Source: Promethearchaeota archaeon
GTDB lineage: Archaea > Asgardarchaeota > Lokiarchaeia > Sigyniarchaeales > SOKP01
Length of the DNA stretch: 64,000 nucleotides
Assembly: GCA_019057795.1 (NCBI GenBank)
Contig: JAHLWS010000049.1
Coordinates: 32,001-96,000, forward strand
Reading direction: 5' to 3'
Position 1 is the stretch's first letter, and each line of letters starts with the position of its first letter. The notes below the pieces were generated by a model. It had not been told where the DNA came from, searched no databases, and was given only the letters and a program-made list of their open reading frames with translations. The position numbers and the translations under genes were made by a program. This document shows positions 31,635 to 40,675 of this stretch, piece after piece.

Positions 31635-32225
31635 ATGGTAAATAATTCGGAAATAATAGGGGAATATCGAGGATTAGTTAAAAATAGAGTGCTAACCGCA
31701 TTATTGCAATCTTATTTAGATAACTTAGATTACGATGGGATGAAATCTATATTGAGAGAAGCCGAATTATTGGAACTAAAAGATATAAGAGAAGTAGATC
31801 CCGATGGTGTAATTGACTTCTTTTCTTTTAAAAAAATCATATCTGCTCAAAATTGTTTGTTGTACGATTCTACTAAATTATTATACGAAATTGGACGGAA
31901 GTTCTCGTTTTATTTGTTTCCTTTTGGAAAAGATTTCGGAGAAATAATTAACGAAATAAATCAATTAATTGTTGCTGATTGGCAAGTTAAAATTGTGGAA
32001 AGCACACCTGAATTGGTGGTCATTCGAGTTGATAAATGTATGTTTTGTTCAGAAATTGGAGTTTCTTGTGATTTATTCAAAGGTTTTATAATTCATTCGT
32101 TGGAAAAAAATTTACCTTCGGGTTTTAGCGTGGTTCCATTTGGAACCATAAAAGAGAACGTAAGCGATCCTAACCATAATTCATTTATTTTGAAATTAAA
32201 AATTGAGAAAACATTTATATCCTAA
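31635..32225 (+). CDS. V4R-like domain protein
   Basis: LLYEIGRK, RVDKCMFC...CDLFKGFI pattern. Confidence 0.65.
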   Translation: MVNNSEIIGEYRGLVKNRVLTALLQSYLDNLDYDGMKSILREAELLELKDIREVDPDGVIDFFSFKKIISAQNCLLYDSTKLLYEIGRKFSFYLFPFGKDFGEIINEINQLIVADWQVKIVESTPELVVIRVDKCMFCSEIGVSCDLFKGFIIHSLEKNLPSGFSVVPFGTIKENVSDPNHNSFILKLKIEKTFIS

Positions 32226-32305
32226 AATAACAAAAGCTTATATATAACAAAAATCAAAATAAATTTTGTTGTATTTATATCTTTATAAAAATTACAAGTC
32301 ATTAA

Positions 32306-32878
32306 TTGGTAAAATTGCCAGCAGAAGGATTATCCACAGAAACAAAGGAATATGTTTTTAAAATCACAATTCTAGGAGATTCAGCTGTTGGTAAGACGTC
32401 ACTTATTAATCAATTTGTAGAAAGCTCGTTTGAAGACGACTACAAACCTACATTAGGAGCCAATATAATCAGGAAGGATGTTACTATAGACAACGTTAAC
32501 GCAAAAGTGCGATTAATAATGTGGGATCTTGCTGGTCAAGAAAAGTATAACGTTATAAGGTCTATGTACTTCCAAGGATGTGTTGGTGCATTATTAGTTT
32601 TTGATCTTACACGACATAACACTTTTGACAACATTAAATCAAAATGGTTAAAGGATTTTAAAAACTACGTCAAAAAAGAAGGCGCATACATATTAATCGG
32701 TAACAAAGTCGATTTAAACGACCAACGAGTAGTCTCTAATGAAGAGGGTACTAACCTCGCTAAAGAGGTTAATGCTAGCGATTTTATTGAAACGAGCGCT
32801 AAATACGGCGAAAATGTAGAAAAGGCCTTTAAGAATTTAGTGCATCAAATTTTAAGAAACTATGGAGAAAAAATATAA
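32306..32878 (+). CDS. Rab-like small GTPase
   Basis: GDSAVGKT, YKPTLG, WDLAGQE, NKVD, ETSAK. Confidence 0.93.
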   Translation: MVKLPAEGLSTETKEYVFKITILGDSAVGKTSLINQFVESSFEDDYKPTLGANIIRKDVTIDNVNAKVRLIMWDLAGQEKYNVIRSMYFQGCVGALLVFDLTRHNTFDNIKSKWLKDFKNYVKKEGAYILIGNKVDLNDQRVVSNEEGTNLAKEVNASDFIETSAKYGENVEKAFKNLVHQILRNYGEKI

Positions 32879-32955
32879 TCATACGTTATACTTCAAATTT
32901 CTCTCATTTCGTCTTCTTTAATTTTATTAACACCCTTTCATTTCTATTTAAATAA

Positions 32956-34116
32956 GTGGTAAATATGAAGGAATTATCAAGAAAGGTTAATTTAGCACCA
33001 AAGTCTAAAATTCGAGAACTTTTTAATCTTGCCGCAGGGCGCTCCGATGTTATAAGTTTAGGAATTGGACAGCCAGATTTTCCAACCCCTGAACCTGCAA
33101 TAAAAGGAAATGTTAAGGCTTTAAATCAGAAAATTACTTATTATGCCCCAACCAGAGGCGTTCCAGCATTATTGCAGCAACTTGAACAGAAATTGAAATC
33201 AATGAATAACATTGTAGCAAATTGGAAGGAAAATATTATTGTTACTAACGGCGGTTCACAAGCTCTTAACCTTACTTTTGCTTCGCTGTTTAACCCTGGG
33301 GACGAGCTTATTATATCATCACCAAATTTTCTCTCATATTTCTATTTAGGCGTTTTTTTTGGCGTAAAAGTAATTGAAGTTGAAAGGAAAAACGATTTCA
33401 GTCCAGATATCGAGAAAATAAATAAATTAATCACTGATAAAACTAAAGCGATTTTGATAAATTCGCCTAACAACCCTACAGGACATTCTTTAAGCAGAAA
33501 TGAATTGCTAGGAATAGTTGAAATAGTTAAGAACAACGACTTGTTTTTAATCTCCGACGAAGTTTACGAGAACTACCTTTACGATGGGACAGAACATACG
33601 AGTCCAGCTTCCTTAAAAGGTATGTTTGAAAGGACTATTACCTTAAATGCAATGTCTAAATTGTATTCCGCCACGGGATTTAGAATGGGTTATGTGGCTG
33701 CTAATAAAGAAATAATTGATTTAATGGAAAAATATCATCAATACACCGCAGCAGGCACAAATCACGCTGCTCAATATGGTTTCTTAGAGGCTTTGAAGAT
33801 GGGAAGCGGCTTTTTTGACGAGATTTTGGAGAGTTTTAATATAAGACGTTTACTAGCTTATAACCGGCTAAAGGAAATGGGTTTTGAAGTTGTTAAACCG
33901 AAAGGAGCGTTTTATGTTATGCCAAAAATTAACCAATTTGGTCTTACGGGAGCAGAATTTTCGAAAAAAATAATGGAAGATCAAGCAGTTGCAGTAGTAC
34001 CGGGTAATGTATTTGGATCCTACTCAGAATACATGTTAAGAATGTCGTACGCTACTAAATTAGAAAGACTTGAAGAAGCTATGGATAGGGTCGAAAAATT
34101 TATTAAAACTTTATAA
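32956..34116 (+). CDS. class I/II PLP aminotransferase (aspartate aminotransferase-like)
   Basis: GQPDF, NSPNNPTG, SDEVY, SKLYSATGFRMG. Confidence 0.93.
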   Translation: MVNMKELSRKVNLAPKSKIRELFNLAAGRSDVISLGIGQPDFPTPEPAIKGNVKALNQKITYYAPTRGVPALLQQLEQKLKSMNNIVANWKENIIVTNGGSQALNLTFASLFNPGDELIISSPNFLSYFYLGVFFGVKVIEVERKNDFSPDIEKINKLITDKTKAILINSPNNPTGHSLSRNELLGIVEIVKNNDLFLISDEVYENYLYDGTEHTSPASLKGMFERTITLNAMSKLYSATGFRMGYVAANKEIIDLMEKYHQYTAAGTNHAAQYGFLEALKMGSGFFDEILESFNIRRLLAYNRLKEMGFEVVKPKGAFYVMPKINQFGLTGAEFSKKIMEDQAVAVVPGNVFGSYSEYMLRMSYATKLERLEEAMDRVEKFIKTL

Positions 34117-34364
34117 TGATTAAATTATTAAACGTTATGAGTGGAAGCATGGAAATAAAATACGACGTAAAAGTAGTGACGGACTGCGAAAGTTTAAACG
34201 TGGACATGATCAACGAGGCGGAAATATTTATGCCGTTAACGACTAAAAACGAACGTTTAAACTCGGAAATAAGAAAACGAGTTTGGAACTTAGCGTTGTT
34301 AAAACGGAAGTGTTTAAGTTTGCGATTACATAATATAGTTTGGGGAATGGAGCGAGGTAAGTAA
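34116..34364 (+). pseudogene. C-terminal fragment of a QueE-like radical SAM protein
   Basis: VKVV...IFMPL...LSLRLHNIVWGMERGK matches the QueE C-terminus; no CxxxCxxC motif. Confidence 0.6.
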
Positions 34365-34365
34365 A

Positions 34366-34812
34366 ATGGATAAAAAATTTATTACGTGGAGAATTTACGA
34401 CGTTATTATCAAAAAAATCGTAAAAGAGATTAAAAAAAGCGGAGAAGAATACGATGCTATAGGCACGCTTTCGAGAGGAGGATACGTTCCCGCGGTTCAC
34501 ATAGCCAATTTGTTAGACATTCGACATATTTACGAGATAAACGCATACACAACCGCGGAAATTAAAGAAATGAAAAATCTATTGATCGTGGACGATGTTA
34601 CGGATTCCGGTGATACTTTGAGTAGGTATCGGGATCTTAATCTCGATATAGTTTGCGTTTGTTTAAAGCCAAGCACCGTAGTAAAACCTACATATCCTGC
34701 TATGGAAATTATGGACGATGAATGGGTGGTTTTCCCATGGGAATCTAAAAATTCAATAACCATGAAAGATCGGGATAAAAACAAGGAGGTTAAAAAAAAT
34801 GATATATTGTAG
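34366..34812 (+). CDS. type I phosphoribosyltransferase (purine PRT-like)
   Basis: LSRGGYVPA, LIVDDVTDSGDTL, WVVFPWE. Confidence 0.88.
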   Translation: MDKKFITWRIYDVIIKKIVKEIKKSGEEYDAIGTLSRGGYVPAVHIANLLDIRHIYEINAYTTAEIKEMKNLLIVDDVTDSGDTLSRYRDLNLDIVCVCLKPSTVVKPTYPAMEIMDDEWVVFPWESKNSITMKDRDKNKEVKKNDIL

Positions 34813-34825
34813 AAATCATAAATTA

Positions 34826-35977
34826 TCAATCTTTTTCATTGCTGTAAGTTTGTAGGAGAGCGTTTGTTAAATACTCTGTGGCTTGAAAAACTTGTTCTAA
34901 TTCAATAAATTCGTCTATTTTATGAATATTGTTCGGATCCCCTGGGCCAAATATTACAAAAGGGATTGGATTATTAGCACTAATGAGATGAGCGGCATCA
35001 GTTGCATAGGATAAACCTAAAACCTCGCTTTTCGAGACCTCTTTTAGATTCTGAATGAATAGATGGTTTGAGTCTGTTTGAAGCGCAGATAGCTCATTTA
35101 TAATCTCTGTCTCGATAGAGAAGTTGTGTTTTTGAAGATTCTTTAAATTATCAATTAAAGAGTTATGATCTTGTTCGGGGATTATCCTATAGTCAAGCTC
35201 TAAGATAGCTTGATCCGGAACTATGTTAATAGCGGTACCTCCACTAATTTTTCCAATATTCAAAGTTGATTTTCCTAATATAACATTTGTATTTTCTTCT
35301 AAACAGTAGTATAATTGAGGAATAATTTTTAATGCTCCTTCAATTGCATTAATTCCTTCTTTGGGCGCTGATCCATGCGCAGATTTCCCAATTATTTTCA
35401 ATTTAACCCACAACAAACCTTTTTCACCGATCCCTATTTTTAAGTCTGTAGGTTCCGCTATTATTAGAAGGATTGAGTCGTCCATAACCCCTTGTTTTGA
35501 AAGAGTAATAGAACCTGCCATTCCTGCTTCTTCGTCAGCAGTTCCTACGAATACTAATGTATACTTCTCAAAAAAATCGGGAATTTTACTTAAGGTTTTC
35601 ATCACGCCTATTAAGGACGCAACGCCACCTTTCATATCAGCGGAACCGCGACCATATAATCTTCCATTTTTAATTTTAGCGGAAAAAGGAGGGTATTCCC
35701 ATTGAGCGGCGTCTCCTACAGGAACCACATCAAAGTGTCCAGATAATACAATTTTGTCTTTCCCATTTCCAATAGTAGATACAAGGTTATGGAGTTCTAC
35801 ACCGTTTTTTATACTTACAATAACTTGATTTTGAAAACCTTGTTCTTCTTTAAAAACATCAGCGATAAGGAAATTTACAATTTCTTTTGTTGTACCCGGT
35901 GGATTTTCTGAAGGGATTTGGACCAAATTTTTCAAGATAAAAATAATTTCGTCTCTTAAAAGTTTTGAAATTTTCAT
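34826..35977 (-). CDS. M20 family metallopeptidase/deacylase (ArgE/DapE-like)
   Basis: SGHFDVVP, GRGSADMKGG, DEE, AEPT, HKIDE. Confidence 0.92.
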   Translation of the reverse strand: MKISKLLRDEIIFILKNLVQIPSENPPGTTKEIVNFLIADVFKEEQGFQNQVIVSIKNGVELHNLVSTIGNGKDKIVLSGHFDVVPVGDAAQWEYPPFSAKIKNGRLYGRGSADMKGGVASLIGVMKTLSKIPDFFEKYTLVFVGTADEEAGMAGSITLSKQGVMDDSILLIIAEPTDLKIGIGEKGLLWVKLKIIGKSAHGSAPKEGINAIEGALKIIPQLYYCLEENTNVILGKSTLNIGKISGGTAINIVPDQAILELDYRIIPEQDHNSLIDNLKNLQKHNFSIETEIINELSALQTDSNHLFIQNLKEVSKSEVLGLSYATDAAHLISANNPIPFVIFGPGDPNNIHKIDEFIELEQVFQATEYLTNALLQTYSNEKD

Positions 35978-36379
35978 TTTTAGCTATTGTGATCTTATTT
36001 CTTATCATAAATTAAATATATTTTTTCTGCTAGAAACTAACATCTGCCAAAATGGAAAGCATCTGTTTGTTGTTATACGAAAGTGTGTTTGTTTTTATTT
36101 TACATTTATCGTGATTTCTTTATGATATGTATTTATAAATTACATGGTAATTCTAAATTACTGTGGTGATATACATCATTTAAACGGAATAAAAACTTTA
36201 ATACCTTAAAAACCAAAATAGAGCTAATAAGAATACCATATCGCATTGAATGGTAAATTCAGAGTCTCTTTCCAATGAAAATTCTTTTGAAATTCAAATT
36301 TTAATTTTTACTTCAATACCGTGATATTAAAGAAAGACTAACTAAAATAAAACCATTTTATTATTATATCTATTAACTA

Positions 36380-37738
36380 CTAAAATATTTCTCTATTAAT
36401 AATGGCATTTTCAAATTCGGATCTATCCATTAAATATTCAAGAAATTCTTCTATACTTGTCATTTCACTCTTCAAATCCTTTATCTTATCTTCCTTAATT
36501 GGAACGGGAAAGCCGAATTTTAAAAACAAATTATAATAATTATAAGGTGTTATTTTTTTGATATAATTTAAAAAATCATCGAAATTATTTTTCAGTTGAA
36601 TAGCATCTTCTTTTTTTATTGGTATATTTCTATAATGAATTTTATCAGTTAAATATTCATAAGATATAGGTTTCAGACCATATAAGGGAACTGGGACTAG
36701 ATAATTAATTTCATTTAATAAACCATGACTGAGAGGATTTCTATATTTGCTCTTTATTTCCCTAAATGCATCATATAACTTCTTTATTCCTTTATCATTT
36801 TGTATAGGAAAAATATATTTAAATTTGGATTCCCAAGGTTTTGATTTAAAATCTTTTAATCCTATTGTACGGGTTTGAAATAAATAAAAAATCTCTAATA
36901 TAAATTCTAATATTGAAAAGAATATCGTAATTAATGCAAATGAAAAATTTGATATTTCTTTTTCTGCTTCTTCAATAAGAACAGCGTATCTATCATGCAT
37001 AATGAATCCTTTAAGTTTACTATCATCAATTTCGTTCTTATGGTTTTCTATCAATTTTTGAGAAAAATTAAATTCATTTAATAATTCAAATAATGGATCA
37101 CCAATATCTTTAATTACATCCCGGATTGGCGTTCCTTCTTTATGTTCAATCTTCAATTTTTTTCTAAAATTTTCAATATCTTTTTTTGCTAGCAATGAAT
37201 TATAATTTTGAAGAGCTAGCTCTAATTTAGATTTAAAAAAGAGATAAATTGACTCCAATTTCCTATAAGTATTATAGATATAATAAGTTTCTATTTTAGA
37301 ATCATCTAGATATTCCTTTTTAAAGTAAGGTATTAATTTCTTTGCTGCTTTCTTAAGTTTAGAGAGAATTAATAATGAGACCTTATATAAATCTGAATCT
37401 TCATCAATCGTCTCAAAAAATATACCCGTTTTTATTTCCTTCCTTATGATATATTTTTCCTCACAATTTACCTCTAATGTCCAAGATCCAAACTTATAAT
37501 CTCTTATCTTAAAATCATAACCTTGAAATCGAAAGTATGTATGCCACCACACTTTATCAATTTTACCATAATCTTTTAGCTTCAGAATATCTATAAAAAT
37601 TAGTCTAACGATATAAACGGGGGGATCATAGTTTTTCAATAATATATTTCTAAACCCGTATAAAGGATCTATTTCTCTAGGGTTCTGAACCTTTAAATCT
37701 TTAAAAATTAGTTTAATTTTGTCTTCAACACTACTCAT
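36380..37738 (-). CDS. hypothetical protein with C-terminal HEPN-like domain
   Basis: FFSILEFILE helix and YRNPLSHG (RxxxxH). Confidence 0.7.
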   Translation of the reverse strand: MSSVEDKIKLIFKDLKVQNPREIDPLYGFRNILLKNYDPPVYIVRLIFIDILKLKDYGKIDKVWWHTYFRFQGYDFKIRDYKFGSWTLEVNCEEKYIIRKEIKTGIFFETIDEDSDLYKVSLLILSKLKKAAKKLIPYFKKEYLDDSKIETYYIYNTYRKLESIYLFFKSKLELALQNYNSLLAKKDIENFRKKLKIEHKEGTPIRDVIKDIGDPLFELLNEFNFSQKLIENHKNEIDDSKLKGFIMHDRYAVLIEEAEKEISNFSFALITIFFSILEFILEIFYLFQTRTIGLKDFKSKPWESKFKYIFPIQNDKGIKKLYDAFREIKSKYRNPLSHGLLNEINYLVPVPLYGLKPISYEYLTDKIHYRNIPIKKEDAIQLKNNFDDFLNYIKKITPYNYYNLFLKFGFPVPIKEDKIKDLKSEMTSIEEFLEYLMDRSEFENAIINREIF

Positions 37739-37739
37739 A

Positions 37740-38507
37740 TCAATCTCTTTGTTTTCGAGTTATTTCAAATTCTTCAACTATAAATTTAAATATGACATCT
37801 ATTTCTCTTAATTTCCTAATTAACTCATCAATTTTATCAAGTTCTTGAAATGTTATTTTATCTGATTTTGAATTGATCATTTGAATGAAGTTAAAGATCT
37901 CTATAAGATTTTCATTTTGAACATTTGATATTATACCTTTTGAGGCTAATTGCGATATTCGTTCTTCAATTGTAAGACCTGAACTCAGAAGACCGTCTAA
38001 TATAAATATCAGCATAGATGATTTAATTCTTTGCCATCCTTTCTCTAAAATATTAAACTTTTTAATAAAATTGAAAATTCCAACCTTATTAACCAAATTA
38101 CTTAAATCCACTTCATACAATTTTGAGATTAATGAAATTGCTTCTTCAGTATAGGATTTAACGATTTCTTTATTAACTGAAATACCAATACCTTCATGAT
38201 ATAAATTATTACGTAATTCATGATTATGTTCAATACTGCTTAATTCTTGTTCACTTACTTTATTTGGTACAACTCTTAAAATAAAACTTAAAAGCTTTGA
38301 GAAATCTCGCTTAATATTATTATAATCTTTGCGTTTAATATTTAAAACTCTTAGATTTCTTGATATGTAGGTTTTTACAGCTAATTCTAATGCATTATCA
38401 ATAGAAATCATTGCTAATCTTCTATCAAACTCAGTGTCGTTTAAAAAATGTTCTATTCCGTGTTCTAAAAGTTCATAACATCCACTTAACCAAGGATTTT
38501 GAGTCAT
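37740..38507 (-). CDS. HEPN-domain protein with degenerate second HEPN-like module
   Basis: AMISIDNALE, LRNNLYHEG (RxxxxH). Confidence 0.75.
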   Translation of the reverse strand: MTQNPWLSGCYELLEHGIEHFLNDTEFDRRLAMISIDNALELAVKTYISRNLRVLNIKRKDYNNIKRDFSKLLSFILRVVPNKVSEQELSSIEHNHELRNNLYHEGIGISVNKEIVKSYTEEAISLISKLYEVDLSNLVNKVGIFNFIKKFNILEKGWQRIKSSMLIFILDGLLSSGLTIEERISQLASKGIISNVQNENLIEIFNFIQMINSKSDKITFQELDKIDELIRKLREIDVIFKFIVEEFEITRKQRD

Positions 38508-38747
38508 AATTTATCCCTATTGAACTTCGTTGAAGATAATAATAATTAATAGGATATATATATTTTATAAAAAATTATTTTATTTTAGTTTAATAATTAA
38601 GAAATAATTAGATTTATTATTTTATAAGAAGTATATTATTTTTACTTGAAAAACTAATATTTGAGATTGAGTTATAGAGATCAATAATAATTTCATTGAA
38701 AAAATCTATTAGTATATATGATTACTTATTTTTTATTGTGATACATC

Positions 38748-38852
38748 ATGTCAAGAACTTCTATTATAAGAAAAGCAGATCTTTATGGACCAAGGGATTT
38801 ACTTAGAAATGCTAAATATTTACTAGATACTAGAGACCCTAAATTTCAATAA
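38748..38852 (+). pseudogene. truncated ORF remnant (MSRTSIIRKADLYGPRDLLRNAKYLLDTRDPKFQ*)
   Basis: GTGA SD-like element upstream; ends at a 9-bp tandem duplication TTTCAATAA. Confidence 0.35.
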
Positions 38853-39078
38853 TTTCAATAATTCTTAAATCTTTGAATTCTTTCTCTAACGTTAACGATT
38901 GAACAAAACTTATCGTAAATGATTGTTATAATTTGCGTTTCGAAATTCGTCAAATTCAAATTCTTAAAAGATTATACATATAACAAACAGATTTAAAGGT
39001 AAAAAAGCTCAATAAAGAATCCATTGCTAAAAATAGATCAAATCTCCAAAAGCGATTTGGCGATTTAAAGGTGATTAT

Positions 39079-39957
39079 GTGACATCTATAGGTAAAATAA
39101 AAAAAACAGAACGTAAAATAATAATTAAGATGTATCAATTTGCAAAAGAATTGTCAAATTCAGATAATCCACAACTTTATGAACTTGGACACTATCTAAC
39201 GGACAACATTATTTCAAAGATTTGCATGCTCGTCGCAATAGAAAATAACAAAAAAATTACAAAAAAAACACCTAAAGGGAAGGAATATTCGTTGTCCTTT
39301 CGTAAGCTATATAATAGTGTATTAAAAGAAATATACCCGAGCGTGCCTGATTATGAAGAGATAGAAAGTCTACACGAAGAAAGAAATATATATCAACACG
39401 AAGCGCGGTCAATATCTCATCATTTCAATCGTCAGTATGCTCTAGATTATTTAGAAAAAGTAAAGGAAATAATGATAGCTACAAATATCCTCGATATACA
39501 CGGTGAAACCGAAGCAACTAAATATTTTTCAGAAGATAACAAAGCCCTACCTGATAATGAGACCAAGAAAAAAAATAAAAAAATTCAGAAAAGGTGTCTA
39601 AAATCTTTAAATACTCTTTGTTCTTATTTATATGGAATTGAAGTAGGGCATTATGACAAGGACGCCCCAAAGGTAATTTCCTCGTTAAGTTTGTTAAAAA
39701 CTTATAAAGATCTAATCTTACCGTTAGGCATTACTTACTTGGATGTATCTACGAAAATAACAACAGGAATGTTCGCATTTTTGGATGGTGTTAAAATATT
39801 CGTTAACGTAGATTGCGAAAGGAGCCTGGAAATTGTTTTAGATCTTTATCAATTTAAAATTGTTACAATTCATAAGTTCCATATTGATGGCAGGGAATTT
39901 CAAGGTTTTGAAGAGGTTTCTCAGATTTTAGAATGCATACGTAAAAGAATATTATGA
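39079..39957 (+). CDS. HEPN-domain protein with C-terminal unknown domain
   Basis: YLTDNII, LHEERNIYQHE (RxxxxH); GGTGA SD upstream of GTG. Confidence 0.72.
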   Translation: MTSIGKIKKTERKIIIKMYQFAKELSNSDNPQLYELGHYLTDNIISKICMLVAIENNKKITKKTPKGKEYSLSFRKLYNSVLKEIYPSVPDYEEIESLHEERNIYQHEARSISHHFNRQYALDYLEKVKEIMIATNILDIHGETEATKYFSEDNKALPDNETKKKNKKIQKRCLKSLNTLCSYLYGIEVGHYDKDAPKVISSLSLLKTYKDLILPLGITYLDVSTKITTGMFAFLDGVKIFVNVDCERSLEIVLDLYQFKIVTIHKFHIDGREFQGFEEVSQILECIRKRIL

Positions 39958-40057
39958 GAGACGTTTAGGAATTAACCTTTTTAATCCTTCGTGTTCTACG
40001 ACTCTATAAGTTAAAAAAGAGATATAGAAACAAAATGAACGAACTACTTCTTTTTTT

Positions 40058-40384
40058 TTATTTACCCTTAGAAAAATCTCTAAAATCCCGAAATTGATTA
40101 CCGCTTTCGACGGATGTTTCACGCTCGTCTTCAGAACCCTCAGTTCCCACTTCCCTCTCGAGTAAACTCTTTACGAACTCCTCTACGGCGACTTTGTACT
40201 CGCCAACTCTGCTTTTAGGTACTTGAAAAAACAAAAAAGCCGAATCCGCCCCCAAAGTTAACTCGATCGCGAACTTACCCTCAACGAACTCCCGAACAGC
40301 CTCTCGGTACTCCAATATCTTGCTCGAAGGAACCCTAACGCTCACCCAACCCGATGCCTCGCCAAACTTACGCTTTCTACCCAA
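40058..40384 (-). CDS. small DNA-binding protein with two ribbon-helix-like repeats
   Basis: MGRKRKF...WVSVRVPSSKILEYREAVREFV and FLFFQVPKSRVGEYKVAVEEFV; markedly higher GC than neighbours. Confidence 0.6.
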   Translation of the reverse strand: MGRKRKFGEASGWVSVRVPSSKILEYREAVREFVEGKFAIELTLGADSAFLFFQVPKSRVGEYKVAVEEFVKSLLEREVGTEGSEDERETSVESGNQFRDFRDFSKGK

Positions 40385-40480
40385 GAATCCAAACCAAAAC
40401 TAGTTAAAACTTTCTTAAATTATAAGTTAGAAGAAACGATTTTAAACCGCTTGAATTTTAAAATAAAAACTTTCGAAAAT

Positions 40481-40542
40481 TTCGCGACTCGAATTTACGC
40501 GTTCCGAGACTCGAAATACCCTCCCTCCTTTTCCGAGACTCG
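40481..40542. repeat. three operator/iteron-like repeats with palindromic core CGAG-A-CTCG
   Basis: TTCGCGACTCG (40481), TTCCGAGACTCG (40502), TTCCGAGACTCG (40531). Confidence 0.7.
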
Positions 40543-40630
40543 TAAAAACCCTATGTATCTTGATATATTATACGAAAGTATTAAAAAAATTAAAAAATAT
40601 TTCTCTCAAGTGCGGCAATCTTAATGTACT

Positions 40631-40649
40631 CTTCAAATTCAATTTGAAG
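40631..40649. terminator. inverted repeat downstream of cdc48
   Basis: CTTCAAATT-C-AATTTGAAG. Confidence 0.3.
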
Positions 40650-40675
40650 TTAAAAATGTAATAAAAATTAGATAT

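Larger units (their letters stand above)
36073..40579. mobile_element. putative accessory/defence island bounded by 12-bp direct repeat
   Basis: TTATACGAAAGT at 36073-36084 and 40568-40579; contains only HEPN-like and RHH-like ORFs; no integrase present. Confidence 0.5.
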
